17,452 bases of DNA, from positions 1-17,452 of the forward strand of contig JBGPXN010000090.1 in the NCBI GenBank assembly GCA_041492755.1, written 5' to 3'. Shown piece by piece: positions 1 through 7,493 of this stretch (position 1 is its first letter; the number at the start of each line of letters is the position of its first letter). This stretch comes from Candidatus Methylomirabilia bacterium. GTDB taxonomy: Bacteria; Methylomirabilota; Methylomirabilia; Rokubacteriales; CSP1-6. The notes beneath the pieces were generated by a model that saw nothing but the letters and a program-made list of their open reading frames with translations, searched no databases and was not told where the DNA came from. The position numbers were made by a program, and so were the translations under genes.

Positions 1-213
1 CCAGTTCCCGATGGTGTGCACCCAGCGGCCGGTGGCGAGACTCGACCGCGACGGCACGCACAGCGGCGACTGGCAATAGGCGCTGGCGAATCGGGTGCCC
101 CGCGCGGCGAGCGCGTCGAGATGCGGCGTGCGCGCGACGGGACTGCCGTAGCAGCCGAGCGCGTGGCGGGCGTGCTCGTCGGACAGGATCACGACGACGT
201 TGCTGGGCCGCAT
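1..213 (-). CDS. Sulfatase-family hydrolase (choline-sulfatase-like), N-terminal part; runs off the window start
   Basis: Not in the ORF track. Manual translation from ATG at 213 gives MRPSNVVVILSDEHARHALGCYGSPVARTPHLDALAARGTRFASAYCQSPLCVPSRSSLATGRW, which has the CxPSRxSLxTG formylglycine signature. ATG overlaps the upstream stop (TGATG). Confidence 0.92.
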   Translation of the reverse strand, partial: MRPSNVVVILSDEHARHALGCYGSPVARTPHLDALAARGTRFASAYCQSPLCVPSRSSLATGRWVHTIGNW

Positions 214-626
214 CACGCGCCGCCCGCGGTGAGGACCATCTGGGTCTGCACGGTCTGGGTCAGGAGACGGCCGCTCTCGTCCGTCACCCGCGTTTGCCAG
301 ACCTGGGTCCGGCGGCCGCGGTGGAGCGGCACCGCCTCCGCGCGCACGGCGCCGGCGCGTCCGGCCGCGAAGAAATTGGTCTTCGACTCGAGCGTGGTCG
401 TGGTGGCCCCGGGGGGCAGGTTCAGCACGGTGGCCGTCGCGCAGACGGTGTCGGCGAACGCCATCAGCGCGCCACCGTGCAAGGCGCCGCCGACCGTGCG
501 CAGGTCGTCGCGGATCCGGAGCTCCGCGACCACGCGATCGGGGCTCAGCTCCGTGAATTCGATCCCCATCAGGTCTGCCAGCGTTCCCTGCTGCGCCCGT
601 GCGATGGCGGCCCGATCCAGGTCCAT
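213..626 (-). CDS. PaaI-family hot-dog fold thioesterase
   Basis: 137 aa with GGALHGGALMAFADT, TTTLESKTNF and PLHRGRRTQVWQ motifs typical of PaaI/4HBT thioesterases. Confidence 0.92.
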   Translation of the reverse strand: MDLDRAAIARAQQGTLADLMGIEFTELSPDRVVAELRIRDDLRTVGGALHGGALMAFADTVCATATVLNLPPGATTTTLESKTNFFAAGRAGAVRAEAVPLHRGRRTQVWQTRVTDESGRLLTQTVQTQMVLTAGGA

Positions 627-627
627 C

Positions 628-1053
628 TCAATCCTCTCGTGTCGTGCGCAAGCGCTTGAGGACGCCGCGCCGCTTCTTGGCCTCGATCCGCCGCTCCACG
701 GTGCCGGCGGACGGCCGCGACGCCCGGCGGCGGCGTGGCTCGCGCAGCGCGGCCTCCACGAGTCGCCGCACCTTGTCCCGCGCGGCCTCGAGGTTGCGCG
801 CCTGCTCGCGCGTCGCCTGGCTCGTCACCTGGAGCCGGCCCTCGGCGTCCAGCCGGGGGTGCGCGAGCGTCCCGAGACGTTCGCGGGCCGACGCGCTCAG
901 GCCTTCGACGAGCCCCAGGTCGATGCGGAGATCGACCTTCGACGCGACCTTGTTCACGTTTTGGCCGCCCGGCCCCGACGCGCGTGCCGTCCGCATCTCG
1001 ACCGCGCGGCCGGGCACCCGGACCGACGGCGTCACGACGATCGACTCGCGCAT
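628..1053 (-). CDS. arfB: Alternative ribosome rescue peptidyl-tRNA hydrolase ArfB (YaeJ)
   Basis: RASGPGGQNVNKVASKV (GGQ motif), SQATREQARN and a basic C-terminal tail. Start placed at ATG 1053, giving 141 aa. Confidence 0.93.
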   Translation of the reverse strand: MRESIVVTPSVRVPGRAVEMRTARASGPGGQNVNKVASKVDLRIDLGLVEGLSASARERLGTLAHPRLDAEGRLQVTSQATREQARNLEAARDKVRRLVEAALREPRRRRASRPSAGTVERRIEAKKRRGVLKRLRTTRED

Positions 1054-1059
1054 CCGGTC

Positions 1060-1065
1060 ATTGTA
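1060..1065 (-). promoter_or_regulatory. -10 box TACAAT; probable leaderless promoter of arfB
   Basis: Minus strand reads TACAAT-gaccgg-ATG (6-nt spacer) with no Shine-Dalgarno. Confidence 0.65.
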
Positions 1066-1115
1066 GCGGGCGGCCGGCGTCCGCGCGCGCAAGCATGATG
1101 GCACGGCGGGACGTC

Positions 1116-1121
1116 TATAAT
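1116..1121 (+). promoter_or_regulatory. -10 box TATAAT; probable leaderless promoter of the gene at 1128
   Basis: TATAAT-cgccgt-ATG (6-nt spacer): a perfect consensus hexamer in very GC-rich DNA. Confidence 0.7.
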
Positions 1122-1127
1122 CGCCGT

Positions 1128-1556
1128 ATGCGCGACCAGCGACGAATGCTGACCGCGGTGGCGCGCGGCGCCGTGCCCGCCGACCGTTATGTGCGTGGCG
1201 GCACACTGCTCAACGTCTATACGGGCGAGCTCTACCCGGCGAACGTCGCGATTCGCGGCGCGCGGATCGCCTACGTCGGCACGCGCGACGACATGGTGGG
1301 CCCCACCACCGACGTGCTCGACGCCGGCGGGCACGTGCTGGTCCCCGGTTACATCACGCTCCGGGCCGCTCTCGTGGCCCGCGGCTATCCGCACCACGAG
1401 CCGCTCTTCAGCCTCTTCTTCCGCGCCGCCGACTTCCTGCCCGCGGTGCGGCTGACCCCGCGCGGTGTCTGGGACGTCAAGCGCGGCCGCGTGCTGCTGC
1501 CATCGCGCCGGCGGACGGCCGCGCTACGCGCATCACGGGAACCGTGGTCGTCGTGA
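1128..1556 (+). pseudogene. Adenine deaminase-like gene with a large in-frame internal deletion
   Basis: The N-terminus ARGAVPADRYVRGGTLLNVYTGELYPANVAIRGARIAYVG...VLVPGYI stops just before the metal-binding DxHxH motif. It joins directly to an adenine-deaminase-like C-terminus (EPLFSLFF..DFLPAVRLTPRGVWDV). 142 aa versus roughly 550-600 for the full enzyme. Confidence 0.8.
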
Positions 1557-1600
1557 TGCTGCGGCTTCGCCGGGCGCGTTGGTCGCCCGGGCGGTCCGTG

Positions 1601-2500
1601 ATGGCGGTCGTCCTCGCCGCGCTCGCCCTCGCGGGCGCCGCCACGCCGCCAAGTGAGACCGCGTTCAAGCGCGGCGTGCACGAGGGGCGGGTCTACCGTC
1701 TGTATCTGCCGAAGGCGCTGGTGGAAAGCGCGTCCGCGCCGACCGTCTCGCTGGTGCTGGCGCTGCACGGATGCTGGCAGACGCCGGAGGACTTCGCCGC
1801 CGGCACCCGCCTGAACGACGTGGCCGAGAAGCGCGGGCTCGCCGTGCTCTATCCGGCGCAGAGCAAGCTGGCCAACGCGAGCCGGTGCTGGAACTGGTTC
1901 GCGCCGGCGTCGCGCGGCGATGGCGAAGTCGCCCAGCTCTTGCGGCTCGTCGAGACGGTCCGGGCCGAGCACCCTCTTCGGAGCGGACTGACGGTCGTGG
2001 GGTTTTCGGCGGGGGCGTTCATGGCCGTGAACCTCGCGTGCGTGGCGCCGGACGTCGTGACCGCCGTCGGCGCGGCGGCGGGCGGTCCGTTCCAATGTGG
2101 TGTCGGCGCGCTGGGCGGGCTGCAGTGCATGCGCGGACACCATGGCCGCGGCGAAGCGGCCGCGGCCGCGTGTGTCGCCGCCGGCTCGCGCTCGGCGCGC
2201 CCGCCGCGCGTCTCGCTCTGGCACGGCCAGGAGGACGTCGTCGTCAATCCGTCGAACCTCGATGCGCTCGCCGAGATGTTCGCGAAGGTGACGGCCGCGA
2301 CCAATCGCAGCGACGAATCACGCGACGGCGTTCGCCGGTGGGTGTACCGGACCGCGGCGAGCCGCCCCCTGGTCGAGTCGTGGCTGGTCCCCGGCATGGG
2401 ACACGCGTGGAGCGGCGGCGACCAGCGCGGCACGCACACGTTCCCGTCGGGGCCGAACGCCACCGAGCGCATGCTCGACTTCCTGCTCCGCGCCGAGTGA
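1601..2500 (+). CDS. PHB depolymerase/LpqC-family esterase (alpha/beta hydrolase), probably secreted
   Basis: LHGCWQT oxyanion motif, CWNWF, GFSAG nucleophile elbow, HGQEDVVV and GMGHAWSGG. Hydrophobic signal-like N-terminus. Start uncertain between 1544 and 1601. Confidence 0.88.
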   Translation: MAVVLAALALAGAATPPSETAFKRGVHEGRVYRLYLPKALVESASAPTVSLVLALHGCWQTPEDFAAGTRLNDVAEKRGLAVLYPAQSKLANASRCWNWFAPASRGDGEVAQLLRLVETVRAEHPLRSGLTVVGFSAGAFMAVNLACVAPDVVTAVGAAAGGPFQCGVGALGGLQCMRGHHGRGEAAAAACVAAGSRSARPPRVSLWHGQEDVVVNPSNLDALAEMFAKVTAATNRSDESRDGVRRWVYRTAASRPLVESWLVPGMGHAWSGGDQRGTHTFPSGPNATERMLDFLLRAE

Positions 2501-3795
2501 TGTTATGGAAATGGGGGGACCCGGGACGCTCCTCGACCCGCCACTCGCGCAGGTCGCTGGCCCTGGTCGTCCTGCTGGCCGCGGCCGCGCTCGCGGTCGC
2601 GATGTTCCCGTTCCGGACGACGTGGTGGGGTGGCTGGCTGCTCGCCATGGCCGAGGCCGGCGTGGTGGGCGGGCTCGCCGACTGGTTCGCGGTGACGGCG
2701 CTGTTCCGCCGGCCGCTCGGCTTGCCCATCCCGCACACCGCCATCATCTCGGCCAACTGGGAGCTGATGGCCAAGCGGGTGGGCACCATGGTCGGCGATC
2801 GCGTCCTCACGCGCGAGTACGTGACGCGTGAGATCGCGCGGGTCGACGTCGCGGATCTGCTGGCGCGCGCGGCGCTGCGCGTCACCCGCGCCGATCTCAC
2901 CGCCGCGACCCGCGCGATCTTGCAGTGGGTGGCCGCCGAGCTGCCGCCGCCGGCCGCGGGCGAGCTCGCGAGCCGGCTGCAACGGTTGCTCGTGAAGGAG
3001 CCGGCGGCGCCGCTGCTGGCCGCGGCCCTCGACGCCGCGCATTCTCGCGGCTGGGACCAGCGCCTGCTCGGCGCGCTCGCCGCGGCGCTCGTGGACGCGC
3101 TCGGGCGCCCACGGTTCCGCGAGGCCGTCGCCGAGGTGGTGGACGATCTGCTCCGGCGCTACCGCGCGCGCATCGGCTTCTATCCGCGGCTCGCGCTCGG
3201 CCTCGCCGACGTCTTCGGTCTCGTCGACCGCGAGCGCATGGTCACGGCGCTGCACGCCGGGCTGGTGGAGCTCGCGCGCGATCCGGCCCATCCGTTGCGC
3301 GAGCGCCTGGCCGAGTCGCTCGGCGAGCTGGCCGAGCGGCTGCGGACCGATCCATCCCTGGCCGCGCGGGTGGAGGCGGCCAAGGAGGAGGTGTTGGGCA
3401 GCGACGTCGTCGCCCGGCTCGCGGAAGCGGCCGCGACGGCACTGCGCCAGGCGCTGCTCGCCGACCTCGCGGCGCCCCGGTCGGAGGTCGCGGAGTGGCT
3501 CGTCGACCGGCTCGATCGCATGCGCCATGCGCTCGTCGAAGATGCCGTGCTTCGGGGGGATCTCGACCGCTGGGTCAAGGCGGAGGCGACCGAGCTGGTG
3601 GCGCGGTACCACGGGCGCATCGCCTCATTCATCGAGCAGGGCGTGCGCGCGCTCGGCGCCGAGGGCGCGGTCCGGCTGATCGAGGAGCACGCGGGCGACG
3701 ATCTGCAGTACATCCGCGTGAACGGCACGGTGGTGGGGGGCCTCGCCGGCGGCGCCATCTACGGCGTTCATCTGCTGATCCGTCTTTTCTCCTAG
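2500..3795 (+). CDS. DUF445-family membrane protein (YjiN-like)
   Basis: AEAGVVGGLADWFAVTALFRRPLGLPIPHTAII at the N-terminus and DLQYIRVNGTVVGGLAG at the C-terminus. ATG 2500 overlaps the esterase stop. Confidence 0.9.
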   Translation: MLWKWGDPGRSSTRHSRRSLALVVLLAAAALAVAMFPFRTTWWGGWLLAMAEAGVVGGLADWFAVTALFRRPLGLPIPHTAIISANWELMAKRVGTMVGDRVLTREYVTREIARVDVADLLARAALRVTRADLTAATRAILQWVAAELPPPAAGELASRLQRLLVKEPAAPLLAAALDAAHSRGWDQRLLGALAAALVDALGRPRFREAVAEVVDDLLRRYRARIGFYPRLALGLADVFGLVDRERMVTALHAGLVELARDPAHPLRERLAESLGELAERLRTDPSLAARVEAAKEEVLGSDVVARLAEAAATALRQALLADLAAPRSEVAEWLVDRLDRMRHALVEDAVLRGDLDRWVKAEATELVARYHGRIASFIEQGVRALGAEGAVRLIEEHAGDDLQYIRVNGTVVGGLAGGAIYGVHLLIRLFS

Positions 3796-3805
3796 CTGCG
3801 GGCGG

Positions 3806-3841
3806 AAACCGGTTTGAGGGGTCGCTGGTTTCACGTACACT
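3806..3841 (+). promoter_or_regulatory. Candidate sigma70 promoter of the ABC operon with an overlapping palindrome
   Basis: TTGAGG (3814-3819)-N16-TACACT (3836-3841). Palindrome AAACCGGTTT at 3806-3815. Confidence 0.4.
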
Positions 3842-3875
3842 CAGCCATCCGCTCCGCGCATTTTCGGGAGGTCTC

Positions 3876-5492
3876 ATGCAGCGTTCACGCATCGCGGTAT
3901 CTCTGATCGTCCTCAGCCTCGTGCTGGTCACCATCGCGTTCACGACCCCGGCGACCAGCCAGACGCCGAAGTCCGGGGGCGTGCTCAACGTCACCCAGCG
4001 CGAGGATCTGCCCCAGGGCTTCGCCGTCCACGAGACCTCGACCATCTCCACGACGTGGCCGGCCATGCCATGCCTGAACAACCTCGTGCTCTTCGATCCG
4101 CTCAAGAAGACCGAGAGCGTCGACACCATCATCGGTGAGCTGGCGGAGAAGTGGTCCTGGCAGGACAACTACCGCAACCTCGTGTTCTTCCTCCGCAAGG
4201 GCGTGAAGTGGCATGACGGCCAGCCCTTCACCGCCAAGGACGTGAAGTTCACGTTCGACATGCTGCGCGAGGCGCCCGACGCCCAGGCCAAGCTCCGGAT
4301 CAACCCGCGCAAGGACTGGTACGCCAACCTCCAGAACGTCGAGGCGCCCGATCCCCACACGGTGATCTTCCACCTCAAGAAGCCGCAGCCCTCGCTGCTG
4401 CTCATGCTGGCCTCCGGCTACACCCCGGTCTACGCGGCCCACGTGCCGCCCGCGCAGTACCGCACCACGTGCATGGGCACCGGGCCGTACAAGCTCAAGG
4501 AGTGGCGGAAGGGCGAGTTCGTCGAGTTCGTGAAGAACCCCGACTACTTCGTCAAGGGCCGGCCGTACCTGGACGGTCTCCGCTACATCGTCATCGCCGA
4601 GCGGGGCACGCGCACGGCCGCGCTCCAGGCCGGCAAGGTGGACGTCGCCTTCCCGGGTGAAACGACGAAGACGATCGCCGAGCAGCTCAAGGCGGCCGTG
4701 CCCGGGCTGGTCATCACGCCGTTCAGCCAGAACGTCAACGACAACATCATGATGAACGTGAAGAAGCCGCCCTTTGACAATCCCAAGGTCCGGCTCGCGG
4801 TGAGCCACGCCATCGACCGCCGGGCGCTCGTGCGCGCCGTGCACCAGGGGAGCGCGGTGGTGGGCGCCTCGCTGGCGCCGAAGCCGTGGGGCGTGTGGGG
4901 CCTCCTCGAGAAGGACCTGACCGCCTTGCCCGGATACGGTCCCAACCCGGCGGAGGAGAAGGCCAAGGCGAAGAAGCTCCTGGCCGAGGCCGGGATCACG
5001 CCGGACAAGCCGCTCAAGGTGGAGATGGTGACGCGGGCCATCGCCGTCTACGTCGACATGGCCTCGTTCGTGATCAACGAGCTGAAGCAGGTCGGCATCG
5101 ACGCCTCGCTCAAGCAGGTCGAGACCGCGCAGTGGCATCCCATGGCCACCCGCGGCGACTACCAGATCGGCGCCAACCTGACCGGCATCGGACCGGACGA
5201 CCCCGATGCCAACTTCTACGAGAACTACGCGTGCGGCTCGCCCCGCAACTACAGCCAGTATTGCAGCGAAGAAGTGATGAAGATGATCGAGCAGCAATCG
5301 CAGGAGCTGGACCCCAAGAAGCGGCTGGTCCTCGTGCAGCAGATCCAGAAGAAGCTGGAGGCCGACGCGGCCCGGCCGATGCTGGACTGGAAGATCGACC
5401 ACTTCACCGTCTGGCCGCACGTGAAGAACCTCATTCCTCACCAGTCGATCTACAACTTCGGCCGGATGCAGGAAGTCTGGATCGACAAGTAA
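3876..5492 (+). CDS. ABC transporter substrate-binding protein, family 5 (peptide/nickel type)
   Basis: GGAGG RBS at 3867, signal peptide, LAEKW, LRKGVKWHDGQPFTAKDVKFT and GTGPYKL motifs; 538 aa. Confidence 0.95.
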   Translation: MQRSRIAVSLIVLSLVLVTIAFTTPATSQTPKSGGVLNVTQREDLPQGFAVHETSTISTTWPAMPCLNNLVLFDPLKKTESVDTIIGELAEKWSWQDNYRNLVFFLRKGVKWHDGQPFTAKDVKFTFDMLREAPDAQAKLRINPRKDWYANLQNVEAPDPHTVIFHLKKPQPSLLLMLASGYTPVYAAHVPPAQYRTTCMGTGPYKLKEWRKGEFVEFVKNPDYFVKGRPYLDGLRYIVIAERGTRTAALQAGKVDVAFPGETTKTIAEQLKAAVPGLVITPFSQNVNDNIMMNVKKPPFDNPKVRLAVSHAIDRRALVRAVHQGSAVVGASLAPKPWGVWGLLEKDLTALPGYGPNPAEEKAKAKKLLAEAGITPDKPLKVEMVTRAIAVYVDMASFVINELKQVGIDASLKQVETAQWHPMATRGDYQIGANLTGIGPDDPDANFYENYACGSPRNYSQYCSEEVMKMIEQQSQELDPKKRLVLVQQIQKKLEADAARPMLDWKIDHFTVWPHVKNLIPHQSIYNFGRMQEVWIDK

Positions 5493-5508
5493 GAAGGGTG
5501 AAGACGTC

Positions 5509-5545
5509 GAGGGCGTCGGGGGCGCGCGCGCGCCCCCGTGCCTTC
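5509..5545. other. Intercistronic GC-rich stem-loop after the binding-protein gene
   Basis: Perfect 22-bp palindrome CGGGGGCGCGCGCGCGCCCCCG (5517-5538) extended by GAGGGC/GCCTTC. No U-tract follows. Confidence 0.7.
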
Positions 5546-5559
5546 GGGCCGAGACGCGT

Positions 5560-6510
5560 GTGAAGACCTACATCGCCCAGCGCCTCGTCATCGCGCTCCT
5601 CACCCTGTTCGGGATGTCGGTGGTGATCTTCTTCCTCTTACGGTTGGCCCCGGGTGACATCGTCGACATCCTGTTCGCGTCCGCCGGCTACGTGAACCAG
5701 TCCGAGAAGCAGGCCATCCTCAAGGAGCTGGGGATGGACCGGCCGTACTGGGTGCAGTACGTGGACTGGATCACCAAGATCATGACGGGAGACCTCGGCA
5801 AGTCGTACCGCTACGACCTGCCGGCGTGGCAGATCATCAAGCCCCTGGTGCCGGTGACGCTCGAGCTCGCCGCGCTGTCCACGGTCTTCGCCGTGCTCTT
5901 CGGCGTACCCACCGGTGTCATCAGCGCCGTGAAGCAGGACACCACGCTCGACTACGTGCTGCGCGTGATCAGCCTGGCCGGGCTCTCCATGCCCGCCTTC
6001 TGGCTCGGCATGCTGATCATCCTCGGGCTGGTGACGTCGCTCGGATGGATTCCGCCGCTCACCTACGTGTCGCCCGCGGAAAACTTCAAGCTCCACGCCA
6101 TTCAGTTCTTGCTGCCGTCCCTGGCCGTGGGCTACCGGTCCTCCGCGCTGATCATGCGGATCACGCGCTCGTCGCTGCTGGAAGTGCTGCGGGAGGACTA
6201 CATCCGCACGGCGCGCGCGAAGGGACAGAGCGGGCAGGTGGTGATCTGGCGGCACGCGTTGAAGAACGCCATCCTGCCCGTCGTCACCGTGATCGGCATC
6301 GAGTTCGCGTTCCTGATCGGCGGACTGGTGGTGACGGAGACCGTCTTCAACCTGCCCGGGGTGGCGCGCTTCCTCGTGCAGGCCATCCTGTGGCGCGACT
6401 ATCCGATCGTCCAGAACCTCGTCATGTTCATCGCCATCGTGGTGATCCTCTCCAACCTGCTCGTCGATGTCCTCTACGGCGTGCTCGACCCGCGCGTCCG
6501 GTATGCCTAG
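5560..6510 (+). CDS. Peptide ABC transporter permease (DppB/OppB type)
   Basis: GDLGKSY, EDYIRTARAKG (EAA loop), RHALKNA, ETVFNLPG and YGVLDPRVR motifs. Confidence 0.95.
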   Translation: MKTYIAQRLVIALLTLFGMSVVIFFLLRLAPGDIVDILFASAGYVNQSEKQAILKELGMDRPYWVQYVDWITKIMTGDLGKSYRYDLPAWQIIKPLVPVTLELAALSTVFAVLFGVPTGVISAVKQDTTLDYVLRVISLAGLSMPAFWLGMLIILGLVTSLGWIPPLTYVSPAENFKLHAIQFLLPSLAVGYRSSALIMRITRSSLLEVLREDYIRTARAKGQSGQVVIWRHALKNAILPVVTVIGIEFAFLIGGLVVTETVFNLPGVARFLVQAILWRDYPIVQNLVMFIAIVVILSNLLVDVLYGVLDPRVRYA

Positions 6511-6529
6511 CCCGCGCGGAGCGCGCTAG

Positions 6530-7426
6530 ATGGCCGTCCGGCCGATCGAGATTCCGGCGGCGGCGCGCGGGCCGGGCCGGACCGGCTGGGGGACCGTCGT
6601 CTGGCGGTTCATCCGTCGCAAGCCGCTGGGCGCCGCCGGCGGTCTGTTGATGGCCGTGATGGTGCTGACCGCGGTGTTCGCCGACGTGTTGCAGACCTAC
6701 GAGCCGATCGCCACGGATGCCGCGAACACGCTCGCGCGCCCGTCGGGCGATCACCTCCTCGGCACCGATCATCTCGGTCGGGACATCTACTCCCGCATCG
6801 TCCACGGCGCCCGCGTGTCCCTCATCGTCGGGCTCGCGTCCGCCCTGCTCGGCTCGGTGCTCGGTGGCGTCATCGGGCTGCTCTCGGGGTACCTCGGGGG
6901 TAAAACCGATCTCATTGCCCAGCGGCTCCTCGACATCCTGCAGGGCTTGCCGCTCCTGGTGCTCGCCCTCGTGATGTCGGCCGCCCTCGGCCCCTCCATC
7001 CAGAACGTCATCATCGCGATCTCGATCCCGATCATCCCGCGCGCGGCGCGTGTCATCCGCTCGAGCGTGCTCACCATCCGCGAGATGCAGTACATCGAAG
7101 CGGCCCGTGGGCTCGGCGTCTCGCACCTGCGCGTGGCCTTCCGTCACATCCTGCCCAATACGGTCGGGCCGTTCATCGTGCTCTGCACGGCGCAGCTGGG
7201 CAGCGCGATTCTCGTCGAGGCCACGCTGTCCTTCCTCGGCCTCGGCGTTCCCGAGCCCTACCCGTCCTGGGGCCGGATGCTGTCCGTCTCCGCCGCCGAG
7301 TACGCGCAGAAGGCGCCGCATCTCGTCCTGTTCCCCGGCATCGCGATCAGTCTCGCCGTGTTCGGCTCCAACCTGCTCGGCGACGCGCTCCGCGACACGC
7401 TCGACCCCCGCCTGCGCGGCAGCTGA
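6530..7426 (+). CDS. Peptide ABC transporter permease (DppC/OppC type)
   Basis: HLLGTDHLGRDIYSRIVHGAR, YIEAARGLG, HILPN, SFLGLG, PSWG and GDALRDTLDPR motifs. Confidence 0.95.
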   Translation: MAVRPIEIPAAARGPGRTGWGTVVWRFIRRKPLGAAGGLLMAVMVLTAVFADVLQTYEPIATDAANTLARPSGDHLLGTDHLGRDIYSRIVHGARVSLIVGLASALLGSVLGGVIGLLSGYLGGKTDLIAQRLLDILQGLPLLVLALVMSAALGPSIQNVIIAISIPIIPRAARVIRSSVLTIREMQYIEAARGLGVSHLRVAFRHILPNTVGPFIVLCTAQLGSAILVEATLSFLGLGVPEPYPSWGRMLSVSAAEYAQKAPHLVLFPGIAISLAVFGSNLLGDALRDTLDPRLRGS

Positions 7427-7493
7427 GCGCCGTCGCGCTCGTGTGCGGCGGGCACCATCGAGGCAGTGACGTCGAGCATGGGTCACCTCGCGT

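Noticed and set aside
16..1098. 360-aa plus-strand ORF
   Set aside because: Antisense shadow of the sulfatase, PaaI and arfB genes; no recognisable motifs.
1771..2499. N-terminal extension of the 674-aa ORF, suggesting a fusion
   Set aside because: Off-frame overlap with the esterase; DUF445 similarity starts only after ~2500.
2925..3875. N-terminal extension of the 855-aa ORF
   Set aside because: Off-frame overlap with DUF445; the RBS and signal peptide place the start at 3876.
7258..7489. Minus-strand 73-aa ORF with a good GAGGTG RBS after the MATE gene
   Set aside because: Runs antisense into the permease after ~18 codons; at most the stub of a lost gene and not identifiable.
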